Below are positions 8,218 to 15,996 of a DNA stretch of 24,000 nucleotides, one piece after another. The position numbers and the translations under genes are program-made. Source of the stretch: Rhizobium phage LG08; the sequence record PP429226.1, one strand, 5' to 3'. How positions within the stretch are numbered: position 1 is the first letter of the stretch; each line of letters opens with the position of its first letter. The notes beneath the pieces were generated by a model. That model made no database searches. It was not told the origin of the DNA and saw only the letters and a program-made list of their open reading frames with translations.

Positions 8218-8246
8218 ACCGTATACCAGGAGTCGGACCTTGTAAA
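8218..8246 (-). promoter_or_regulatory. early-type promoter P4: TTTACA-N17-TACGGT
   Basis: -35 at 8241-8246, -10 at 8218-8223; same family spacing. Confidence 0.7.
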
Positions 8247-8249
8247 CAG

Positions 8250-10205
8250 TTAAATTTCGTTGATGCCGAGTGGGGACCAATCAGTTCCCATCGTTTTAAG
8301 TCTCTCCATGATGGCGTCGATGTCGATCTCCAGCATGGTCTTACGGTCATCTGCTCGCTTCTCCTGGAAGAGAAGACTCATGAGCTTTCGAACAGACTCA
8401 TGTTCGTCTTCGAGGACATCGATCGCGATCGGATTTGCGATATGATCCTTGAAGTTTTCAGGACGAAGAGAACCGAGACCTTTCGCTCGTTTCACTTCCC
8501 ATCCTTTCCATTCACTCGGGACGAAGTCTCCGATGTCCGTCGGATAGAAATACTTCCGCTCTTTGCCCTTGGTCAGGATGATCAGAGGAGTGAGGAAGAT
8601 TTTGATGAATGGAGTACCTTCGAACAGTTCTGGCCAGAATCGCTGGAAGAAGTTCACGAGGAGTGGGCAAATAGAACCAATACCGTCGTCGTCCGCATCA
8701 CATGTGATCATGACGGAGGAATATCGAAGGTTTGCCTTGTCTGCCTTCTTTCCAGGTACGAGACCGATGGCTGCGCACATATCCTTGATGACAGACTCTT
8801 TCTCGCCGATCGCTTCAGCAGGAGAGAGACCGTGGACGTTCTTGATCTTTCCTCGAAGAGGCATGACCGCATGGATATTCGGATCACGGACTGCTGCTAG
8901 ACCGCCTGCCGCCGAGTCACCTTCTGCAAGGAACAGAGTGCAGTCGGATCGGATACGAGAGTTCGCATCTACGAGCTTGGCGATCTTGGCCTTCTTCAAA
9001 GCCTTCTCGTTTTGGTCGATCTGACCTTTATCCTTTTGGCCAGAGCGGATGCTGCAGAGCCGATAGATTTCCTCGATGATATCTTTGTTGGATTTCACCA
9101 CCTTGTCCCAGTCGACCGATGTGAAGCTGTGGAAGATCGGATTTCGAATTTCGACGTTCGTCAATCGAGTCTTTGACTGAGAGTCGAAGTTCGGACCTTT
9201 CATCTTCACGAAGCCGATGATATCTACGGCGTCCAGGACATCAGACTTTGTAGGGTTCAGACGACGTCGCTTCGACTCCTTCTTCAGGGCTTCGAGAAGG
9301 TTCTTCGGGAAATGATTTCGGAATTCGTCGAGATGAGTTCCGCCATTGTACGCAGGAACGTTGTTGACGAAAGTTGCCTGAGATGCTGTTCCACTCGTCT
9401 TTCGAACCAGGAAGATACCGTTACCGACATCATCCTTCGAGAAAGGAATTTCGATGGCTTGAGAAGACTTGCCGAAGATTGCATCCTTGACAGTCTTTCC
9501 TTGAACCTTGATCCCGACTCCATTGAAAGTGAACTTGATGTTCGGGTTCGAGTACGCGACGAGAGTCACGATCGATCGAACCATGTCCACAGGAAGAATT
9601 ACACCGTGATGGAATACTTCTTCAGAGAGTCGGAAGCTCACGGTCGTGCCTGTGGTTTTCGAGTCAGACGCAGTGATCGACGGAACTGAATAGGAAAGCT
9701 CATTGCCGTCATTGACCACTTCGAATTCCTGACGGAAGAACTTCTTGTCACGATTGATCGAGAGAGTGAACTCATCAGAAACGAAGTTGACGATAGAGAT
9801 GCCGAGACCGTTGGTGCCTGCTTGCTCTCCACGTTCTCCGAAGTTACGACCAGCTTTCGTTTTCGATACAGCCAGGGTGGCAGTGTGCATGCCAGACTCT
9901 TCGCGATAGTCGAAAGGAATACCACGACCAGAGTCACGAATTCCGAAGTAACGAGTTTCCTCGTCGTACATCACTTCGATTTCACCTTTACCTACGAAGC
10001 TCATCTCGTCGAGAGCATTGTCGAAGGCTTCACGGAAAGCGGTTAGAACGGCTGGAACGAATGTGAATTCCTTGAAATTGAGGAAACCTGTGATTTCCAT
10101 ATGTGGGAAGATAGCCTTGTCAGGAGTCCTCGAGCCCAAATACATCTCTGTGCGGATACGCGCATGTTTGATGTCTGTAAGTTCTACAATCTTTTGGTCT
10201 TCCAT
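8250..10205 (-). CDS. 39: type II DNA topoisomerase large subunit, GyrB-like ATPase plus TOPRIM (gp39-like, apparently including the gp60 portion)
   Basis: GHKL-type ATPase motifs (EAFDNALDE, IRDSGRGIP, GTNGLGISIVN) and TOPRIM motifs (FLAEGDSAAGG, ITCDADDDG, RAKGLGSL) in one 651-aa ORF. Confidence 0.93.
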   Translation of the reverse strand: MEDQKIVELTDIKHARIRTEMYLGSRTPDKAIFPHMEITGFLNFKEFTFVPAVLTAFREAFDNALDEMSFVGKGEIEVMYDEETRYFGIRDSGRGIPFDYREESGMHTATLAVSKTKAGRNFGERGEQAGTNGLGISIVNFVSDEFTLSINRDKKFFRQEFEVVNDGNELSYSVPSITASDSKTTGTTVSFRLSEEVFHHGVILPVDMVRSIVTLVAYSNPNIKFTFNGVGIKVQGKTVKDAIFGKSSQAIEIPFSKDDVGNGIFLVRKTSGTASQATFVNNVPAYNGGTHLDEFRNHFPKNLLEALKKESKRRRLNPTKSDVLDAVDIIGFVKMKGPNFDSQSKTRLTNVEIRNPIFHSFTSVDWDKVVKSNKDIIEEIYRLCSIRSGQKDKGQIDQNEKALKKAKIAKLVDANSRIRSDCTLFLAEGDSAAGGLAAVRDPNIHAVMPLRGKIKNVHGLSPAEAIGEKESVIKDMCAAIGLVPGKKADKANLRYSSVMITCDADDDGIGSICPLLVNFFQRFWPELFEGTPFIKIFLTPLIILTKGKERKYFYPTDIGDFVPSEWKGWEVKRAKGLGSLRPENFKDHIANPIAIDVLEDEHESVRKLMSLLFQEKRADDRKTMLEIDIDAIMERLKTMGTDWSPLGINEI

Positions 10206-10211
10206 TTTATT

Positions 10212-10364
10212 CTACCTCTCGTAAATCTCTACCCAGGACCACTCAGAGCCTCGAGCAACAACTTCAAAACTGGAACCATCGTCGAAATGGATTACGACGT
10301 AAGTCTCGCCTTTTACAACTTTTACTACGGTTTTTCCGCGGTATTCATCGATTTCTTCTTCCAC
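10212..10364 (-). CDS. small hypothetical protein (50 aa: MEEEIDEYRGKTVVKVVKGETYVVIHFDDGSSFEVVARGSEWSWVEIYER)
   Basis: Manual translation; GTG start with AAAAGGA upstream, follows P5 and precedes gp39-like gene. Below track cutoff. Confidence 0.65.
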   Translation of the reverse strand: MEEEIDEYRGKTVVKVVKGETYVVIHFDDGSSFEVVARGSEWSWVEIYER

Positions 10365-10394
10365 TTCAAATTCCTTTTAATTGACTATGAAAGT

Positions 10395-10423
10395 TCCTTA
10401 TCACAGGACTCAGTCATTGTAAA
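10395..10423 (-). promoter_or_regulatory. early-type promoter P5: TTTACA-N17-TAAGGA (extended TG before -10)
   Basis: -35 at 10418-10423, -10 at 10395-10400; spacer shares GTCYTGTGA with P3. Confidence 0.75.
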
Positions 10424-10769
10424 CAATAAATTTCCATCCGACGAGAGATTCTGGAGGATTGTGCGGTTCGAAGACTTCGTAAAGGAGGTCTCCGTCTACG
10501 ATCTTCTGCTCTTTCAGGATGAAAAGACACTTCTGTCCGGTGTTACGAGAAGACATAATGAAACCTACATCGTCTTTGCCGAGCCATACTCTGCGCTTCA
10601 TATTGAATGGAGCATTCTCACGAGTGGAAAAGAAGTCAGAGACGTTTCCGATCATCCTCTTTTCTTTCGAACGGAAAGTCATATTCCCGAGCCAGACAGT
10701 GAGGATTTCGAGATGAAGCGATCCGTGGATACGGTGGCTGTCTCTTATCGCTTTCGTATATGCACCCAT
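10410..10769 (-). CDS. hypothetical protein (119 aa, MGAYTKAIRDSHRIHGSLHLE...)
   Basis: ATG at 10769 preceded by GAGGGA; track ORF extends to 10814. Confidence 0.65.
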   Translation of the reverse strand: MGAYTKAIRDSHRIHGSLHLEILTVWLGNMTFRSKEKRMIGNVSDFFSTRENAPFNMKRRVWLGKDDVGFIMSSRNTGQKCLFILKEQKIVDGDLLYEVFEPHNPPESLVGWKFIVYND

Positions 10770-10821
10770 TTTAATCCCTCGAATGGTGTATGATTCGAGA
10801 GGACCATACACCATGTCAAGG

Positions 10822-11814
10822 TTAAAGTGAATACACGTTTTCGAGAAATTTTATATAGGTTCGAACAGATTTTTCCAGGTCTCTTTCTGTTTCGAAATTG
10901 AGTAAAGTTTTCGCTTTCGAAGGATCGCAGATTAGAGATGAAACATCACCCGGTCTACGATCCCGGAATTCCACTTTGATTTTCTCTCCGTAGACCTTCT
11001 CGAAAGCCTCGATAACTTCAAGAACAGAATGTCCTTTCCCTGATCCCACGTTAAAAGTGCTTATATCTAAAAACTGGCTCGCATTGTGACCCATTGCCTG
11101 GATATGAGCATCGACCAGATCGTCAATGTCGATATAGTCTCGAACGCCGGTTCCGTCAGGAGTTGCATAATCGTCACCGAAAACTTTCACGCTCTCTGTT
11201 CGTCCGAGGAGATAGAGTCCGATGATCGGGAAAAGATTCGTTGAGATGAGCCCATCGTCGCCGAGCATGCAATCTACTCCAGCTCCTACAGGATTGAAGT
11301 ATCGGAGGATCGCAGATTTCGATCCTGTAGAATCGCACCAATCTTGGATGATACTTTCACACATCACCTTAGAACTCGCGTATGGATTCGTTGGAAGAAG
11401 AGGAGAATATTCTTTGATCTTCTCCTCGAAGACGTCTCCGTATACCGCTGCTGTCGAAGAGAAGATAAACTTCTTTAGGACTGCAGGGTTGAGAGCCTGA
11501 AGAAGCGCAGTAGTCGCGGAGATATTTCCTTGATAGTACTTCAGAGGGTTCGATACTGACTCACCCACGGACTTGTGTCCGGCAAGATGGAAAACATACT
11601 CGATTTCTTCCAGGCTAGAGAATCGGTCTTTGCCGATCGTGCCGAACTCGACATCGAGAGTTTCGTTCGTGAGATATTCAATGGTAGGTACGACGCTCGC
11701 ATGAGAGTTTGAGCAATCGTCGATTACCTTCACATCATGGCCTTGTCGGACGAGTCCGGTGACGAGGTTCGATCCGATGTACCCTAGACCGCCGGTTACG
11801 AGGATTTTAGACAA
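10822..11814 (-). CDS. galE: UDP-glucose 4-epimerase-like NAD-dependent sugar epimerase (extended SDR)
   Basis: Rossmann GGLGYIGSN, SSTAAVYG, catalytic YASSK, ILRYFNPVGA, C-terminal NVGSGKGHSVLEVI; TTG start at 11814 preceded by AAGGAG. Confidence 0.88.
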   Translation of the reverse strand: MSKILVTGGLGYIGSNLVTGLVRQGHDVKVIDDCSNSHASVVPTIEYLTNETLDVEFGTIGKDRFSSLEEIEYVFHLAGHKSVGESVSNPLKYYQGNISATTALLQALNPAVLKKFIFSSTAAVYGDVFEEKIKEYSPLLPTNPYASSKVMCESIIQDWCDSTGSKSAILRYFNPVGAGVDCMLGDDGLISTNLFPIIGLYLLGRTESVKVFGDDYATPDGTGVRDYIDIDDLVDAHIQAMGHNASQFLDISTFNVGSGKGHSVLEVIEAFEKVYGEKIKVEFRDRRPGDVSSLICDPSKAKTLLNFETERDLEKSVRTYIKFLENVYSL

Positions 11815-12097
11815 AGAGTTCTCCTTGATATTTCGCGTCAAAATGAATGTGGCCAATCGAAGGAGTCGGCTTGAAGTAAACGTCTACTCCGTTCTTCTTG
11901 AGCTCGATCTTCCAGCCCGGTTCGATTTTTCGCTCCTTCATGAGGAAAAGGAAAAGATCGTGGATATCGTCCACCTTTGTAAGGAGAGCGAATCGCTTCT
12001 TAAATTCCGATCTCATATCTTCCAAGACTTCAGGATCAGTGACTCCAGCAGTCTCGTCGAAAATGTCGTCGATGAGGTTATTGATCCTTTCGATCAT
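11807..12097 (-). CDS. hypothetical protein (96 aa)
   Basis: Minus-strand ORF overlapping the ends of both neighbours. Confidence 0.7.
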   Translation of the reverse strand: MIERINNLIDDIFDETAGVTDPEVLEDMRSEFKKRFALLTKVDDIHDLFLFLMKERKIEPGWKIELKKNGVDVYFKPTPSIGHIHFDAKYQGELFV

Positions 12098-12659
12098 AGC
12101 GGTAAAGATTTCTCACAAGTTCATCACGAAGGTCTTCCATCATCCACGCACCCGTATCATAGGTGAGAGTGTTCTTTGGAGCTACCTTGTCCATCGACGC
12201 TTTGACAGCATCATAATTTTTCACTTCGAAAGAGTTTTCTTTGGCTCCTCGGTACATCATTCCAATCTTCGAGACGGAAAGGAAAACCGGGACATGCACG
12301 ATATTGTACTTTTCGAGGATATAGTCACATTGGACCTGCAGAGAAAGGGCTTCAGGAAAGTTTCCTCGCATGTCCATATACACCATCGACGACAAGAACG
12401 ATCTCGGCATGATGACCTTGTTGTTGCCGTAATCTTCCATGTAAGCAACGACTTCGAGGAGTTCTGAAATCGCCAGAGCTTTGCTCACACTCACCGAAGT
12501 CACTGGGTCCTGGAAGAGTTCCTTGGCCTGGTTCGAATATCTGGTTTCATGGAAATAGAAACCGCGAACACTCGGGAATTGACGAAGCATTTCAGGTTTA
12601 GCCAGAGTCGACTTGCCTGTACGATCCATGCCGTCCAGAGTCATGAGAATCTTCTTCAA
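12078..12659 (-). CDS. P-loop deoxynucleoside monophosphate (thymidylate-like) kinase
   Basis: N-terminal MTLDGMDRTGKSTLAKP P-loop typical of dTMP-kinase-like fold; size about 190 aa. Confidence 0.7.
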   Translation of the reverse strand: MKKILMTLDGMDRTGKSTLAKPEMLRQFPSVRGFYFHETRYSNQAKELFQDPVTSVSVSKALAISELLEVVAYMEDYGNNKVIMPRSFLSSMVYMDMRGNFPEALSLQVQCDYILEKYNIVHVPVFLSVSKIGMMYRGAKENSFEVKNYDAVKASMDKVAPKNTLTYDTGAWMMEDLRDELVRNLYRYDRKDQ

Positions 12660-12982
12660 TCCTTGATCTCCATAAAAATGTCATCGAAAGAGTCCTCTCG
12701 ATAAGTTGAAATTACGAACGACCTTATCATCCAGAAGAAGCTTTGTGAAATAGAAAATTCCCAGCTTTTCGGAGTTCCTTCGAGTTTGATCACGGACATC
12801 CAGGAGTCAGGTTCGACTCGAGCGCCTTCAAGAGTGTTGTAAAGATCGAACCGATACCCGTCATGGACGAAAGTAACGGAGAGACCGTAACCTTCCATTT
12901 TGTCTACGGATTTCTTTTCGAAGTCTGCTTTCCGAACGATATTCAATATTCGGTTGAGGTGTTCTGGAGAAAGTCCGTTCAT
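12656..12982 (-). CDS. hypothetical protein (108 aa)
   Basis: 4-nt overlaps with both neighbours. Confidence 0.7.
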   Translation of the reverse strand: MNGLSPEHLNRILNIVRKADFEKKSVDKMEGYGLSVTFVHDGYRFDLYNTLEGARVEPDSWMSVIKLEGTPKSWEFSISQSFFWMIRSFVISTYREDSFDDIFMEIKD

Positions 12983-13257
12983 TTTTCGAGTCCTTCAATC
13001 CTGGCCTTCTGTTCCTTGAAAGCCTCGATCAATTCTTCACGGTTCTTGAAACCGGTTTCGCGTTCGATCAGCGTGTCTCCGAGCTCCGGAGTGTGCTCTC
13101 CATCGTAGAACGTGAGGATTTCCACGAAGGACTCAACGCCTACATAATTCATAGAGTTGATGACCTTTACTGATTTGATCCCGACACCTTCCTTCATATG
13201 AAGCGAGAGATGAGGGTTCACGTCTTCGAGGATTTCGAGAAGTTCGGAAACTCTCAT
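12979..13257 (-). CDS. hypothetical protein (92 aa)
   Basis: 4-nt overlaps with both neighbours. Confidence 0.7.
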   Translation of the reverse strand: MRVSELLEILEDVNPHLSLHMKEGVGIKSVKVINSMNYVGVESFVEILTFYDGEHTPELGDTLIERETGFKNREELIEAFKEQKARIEGLEK

Positions 13258-13604
13258 TTGTTCTTCCTTTCAATAACTTCGACTCGTTCCTTCAAGGAAT
13301 TCAGAGTGAAGTCTTTCTGGATTTTAGTCCAACGGATTTCGTTCGCAAACGTTTCGACATCTTTGAAGAAGTCCATCGAAACTCCTGCAACGTCAAAGTC
13401 GTCATCGTCGCTGTCAGCGGAAAATACCGAGACGTCGAAACCTTCTCGACCTTCGAATTGTTCGATGTTGAGAAGAGCAGGACCTATCTCGATAGAAATC
13501 CCGGTCTGACGAACGGATCGGACGTTGGCAATATTGACGTTCTCTTTCAGGAACGAGAGGAGTTCTTCTTCGACTCCTTTAGAGGATTTGAATTCTGGTG
13601 TCAT
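13254..13604 (-). CDS. hypothetical protein (116 aa), possible paralog of 13601..13939
   Basis: 4-nt overlaps with both neighbours; similar N-terminal pattern to the next ORF. Confidence 0.7.
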   Translation of the reverse strand: MTPEFKSSKGVEEELLSFLKENVNIANVRSVRQTGISIEIGPALLNIEQFEGREGFDVSVFSADSDDDDFDVAGVSMDFFKDVETFANEIRWTKIQKDFTLNSLKERVEVIERKNK

Positions 13605-13939
13605 CGTGATGCCTCATCCATGATTTTCTTGAAAGCGGAGATAACATCCGCAGGACCTTTGTATTCGAAGTCGAATATGCTCGTGAGCTCGTTAAAGAGA
13701 CTCAGAGAAAGGTCTATGATCTCGAATGAGATGTACCCGTTCTTCGAAGCTCCGTCGAATTCCGCGAAGATATAATCCTTGTCCTTGTACGTCGTGTTCC
13801 GATAAATGGAAACGCTCATGTTTTCGAGAGTGAACGAAATCGAGTGAGTGAAGACCTGGGCATTTTTGATCATGTCGAGGTTGTTCTTGACGAAATTGAG
13901 GAACTCGTCTTCGTGAGTCTGAGTGGCTTGGATTCTCAT
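13601..13939 (-). CDS. hypothetical protein (112 aa)
   Basis: 4-nt overlaps with both neighbours. Confidence 0.7.
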   Translation of the reverse strand: MRIQATQTHEDEFLNFVKNNLDMIKNAQVFTHSISFTLENMSVSIYRNTTYKDKDYIFAEFDGASKNGYISFEIIDLSLSLFNELTSIFDFEYKGPADVISAFKKIMDEASR

Positions 13940-14142
13940 TTCGATGTCTCCAAAGAGGTTTGAGGAATGCAGGCGTACCGGATGATTTTAGACGATGAAG
14001 CGTCGTTGAGGATTTCGGCATTCTTTTCGCATTGAGTCTTCGTCTCGAAGACAGGAAATCTTCCGGTTGTGGTCCAATAATCTGTGATCGGACCACCGTT
14101 GGAATTGAACATGATGAGGGTGAAGCCGATGACCTTAATCAT
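13936..14142 (-). CDS. hypothetical small protein with hydrophobic N-terminus (68 aa)
   Basis: Overlapping arrangement; MIKVIGFTLIMFNS... N-terminus. Confidence 0.6.
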   Translation of the reverse strand: MIKVIGFTLIMFNSNGGPITDYWTTTGRFPVFETKTQCEKNAEILNDASSSKIIRYACIPQTSLETSK

Positions 14143-14482
14143 TGATCTCGATACCTTGTTCTTCTGCAGCGAGCTTGACGAGGTTTTCTACGATGGGATC
14201 GCAATGATCCATCAGCATGTCCCACATGTTGCATCGAACATATGTCTTGACTCTGCTCGAGCTGAGACCGAAGATGGAATTGATGAGTCGTGCTCTGTTC
14301 ATTCCACCATTGTTGAAAATGTCATAATAGGCATTGGATGCCTTGCGGAAATTGTTGAGGTGTTTGTTCTTGGAACCTTTGATTTCGCCAGTTTCGAAGT
14401 CGGCTTTATTATCAACGAGATCGTCAAGAGCGTGGACAACCTTGGAAAGCTTGTGGTTTCCGTTCCAGAAAGATACCTTCAT
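14135..14482 (-). CDS. hypothetical protein (115 aa)
   Basis: CGGAG 9 nt upstream of ATG; promoter P6 upstream. Confidence 0.7.
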   Translation of the reverse strand: MKVSFWNGNHKLSKVVHALDDLVDNKADFETGEIKGSKNKHLNNFRKASNAYYDIFNNGGMNRARLINSIFGLSSSRVKTYVRCNMWDMLMDHCDPIVENLVKLAAEEQGIEIND

Positions 14483-14488
14483 TTTTGA

Positions 14489-14571
14489 AATCTCCGTTTC
14501 GTGTTTCGTTATGTTCTTTCTAACTTAAACCTTGACGGATGTAAATAGAAAAAGTGCACGAAACGGAGATT
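14489..14571. repeat. perfect 15-bp inverted repeat AATCTCCGTTTCGTG / CACGAAACGGAGATT flanking promoter P6
   Basis: Arms 14489-14503 and 14557-14571 are exact reverse complements with a 53-nt loop; the 14489 arm contains the SD of CDS 14135..14482. Confidence 0.9.
14517..14545 (-). promoter_or_regulatory. early-type promoter P6: TTTACA-N17-TAGAAA
   Basis: -35 at 14540-14545, -10 at 14517-14522; same family spacing. Confidence 0.7.
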
Positions 14572-14575
14572 ATTT

Positions 14576-15418
14576 TCATTTGACTCGAATACCTTCGAGG
14601 AAGAACTTCTTCGCACGGTATACATCGAGCGGTTCACCCATATGTTCCCAGTACTCTGCAAGTTCGTCGATAGTAGTTTCTCTGTAGTTGCCAAATAACA
14701 TTTCGAAATTCTTCGGCACTACTTCACCATCATTCCAACAAGACATCCAAATCTCGCCGACTTCCAAATGTACTCCAGTAGTTTCGGCCATTAACATTTG
14801 GTAAATAGTTGTCTGTCGAGTATAAGATGTAATGTCGGACCACTCTTTTACTCTCTTCGATGACTTGAAGTCCACGAGTGTTTCGATGCCAGAGTCAATT
14901 ATTTCCTGGTCAGTCTTAGCCTCTTTGTCGCCATCAAGAATAGCGATCAAGTCTGTTCGACCTGCGATGCGAAGGAGCCTAGAATACATGGCCTTTTCTG
15001 AGGCAACTACTGCGGTGATTCGATCATCACACCACGGCTTCAGATGCTGATAGAGAATATAGCCCTGCATGTGTTCATTTCGAACTTCCTTGTTCTCCAC
15101 ATAGTCTTGGAGATTTTGGTGCATGGCCGTGCCACGGTCGGTGGCTTCCTTCGAGATTCGATCGGCTTCTTCATCACCTACTCGATCACGCCAGGCTTTG
15201 AGCCATTCATCCTCTCCCTTCATAGCCGCGATCTTGCCCAACATCGTCGTAGCAGAGAAGAACTCCTCCCCAGGGAAAAGAGGGTTTCGATAGACGCGGT
15301 ATTCAGGATAGTCGAAGTTCGTCCATCCTTCAGGAATATTATAAACGTGGTCCAGCTGCTTGAAACGTCCATCAGCAGGAGACGTCACAAACTGCTTCTT
15401 CAAATTTGCAAAGCTCAT
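14576..15418 (-). CDS. PD-(D/E)XK superfamily nuclease (RecB/exonuclease-like)
   Basis: RGTAMHQNLQDY, AGRTDLIA, LVDFKSSK motifs in order; ATG at 15418 (MSFANLKKQF) overlaps the upstream gene stop. Confidence 0.75.
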   Translation of the reverse strand: MSFANLKKQFVTSPADGRFKQLDHVYNIPEGWTNFDYPEYRVYRNPLFPGEEFFSATTMLGKIAAMKGEDEWLKAWRDRVGDEEADRISKEATDRGTAMHQNLQDYVENKEVRNEHMQGYILYQHLKPWCDDRITAVVASEKAMYSRLLRIAGRTDLIAILDGDKEAKTDQEIIDSGIETLVDFKSSKRVKEWSDITSYTRQTTIYQMLMAETTGVHLEVGEIWMSCWNDGEVVPKNFEMLFGNYRETTIDELAEYWEHMGEPLDVYRAKKFFLEGIRVK

Positions 15419-15939
15419 TACTTCTTTCCGATACTCACTTCTATGCCGTAGCATTTGGCATAATAGAGTCCGATTTCTGGAACATCGATAAGAGAGCCTG
15501 TAGCGACCTTCTTGATGAAATCCAGGTTCGGATTTATGACTGTGTATTTGTTGTCCTTTACCAGGATGACAACACGAATTTCGATCACGTCTGGCTGATG
15601 CCTGCCTCGAGCGACGATAGTCTTTTCTCGATGACGATCATTGAAAACATTTTCGATGGCCAGGGCCACGGGCCTTAGAGATTCGTCGACGGAACTGATG
15701 AGTTTGATCTTACTCGAACCAAGAATTTCGAAACGAAGTTTCGCAATCTTTTCGTCTGTGACATCAGGAGAGATGACGAGCTTCCTTGTTTCTCCATCGC
15801 TTTCGTAGTCTTCGGTCTTCACTACGATGAAGCCGATACTGCTCTTTACTTCGATTTGAGTGCCGAACCGATGAGCTCCGCTATGATCGTAGAGACGATC
15901 TCGAGAATAGTAAATAATGGAAGGAATTCCGTGTGACAT
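15418..15939 (-). CDS. hypothetical protein (173 aa)
   Basis: AAGGAG SD upstream of ATG; promoter P7 upstream. Confidence 0.75.
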   Translation of the reverse strand: MSHGIPSIIYYSRDRLYDHSGAHRFGTQIEVKSSIGFIVVKTEDYESDGETRKLVISPDVTDEKIAKLRFEILGSSKIKLISSVDESLRPVALAIENVFNDRHREKTIVARGRHQPDVIEIRVVILVKDNKYTVINPNLDFIKKVATGSLIDVPEIGLYYAKCYGIEVSIGKK

Positions 15940-15966
15940 TTCTTCTCCTTAAAATATTCAATAAAT

Positions 15967-15995
15967 ACCATACACCGTTTCAAAGGGATTGTAAA
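15967..15995 (-). promoter_or_regulatory. early-type promoter P7: TTTACA-N17-TATGGT
   Basis: -35 at 15990-15995, -10 at 15967-15972. Confidence 0.8.
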
Positions 15996-15996
15996 C

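Noticed and set aside
8208-8900. Plus-strand 230-aa ORF
   Set aside because: Antisense to the TOPRIM-containing topoisomerase gene; no recognisable domain or SD.
10101-10793. Plus-strand 230-aa ORF
   Set aside because: Antisense to the topoisomerase start, the 50-aa ORF, promoter P5 and the 119-aa gene; low-quality composition.
13692-14096. Minus-strand 134-aa ORF overlapping 13601..13939 and 13936..14142
   Set aside because: Alternative frame through two neatly coupled genes; Arg/Pro/Ser-rich composition typical of out-of-frame translation.
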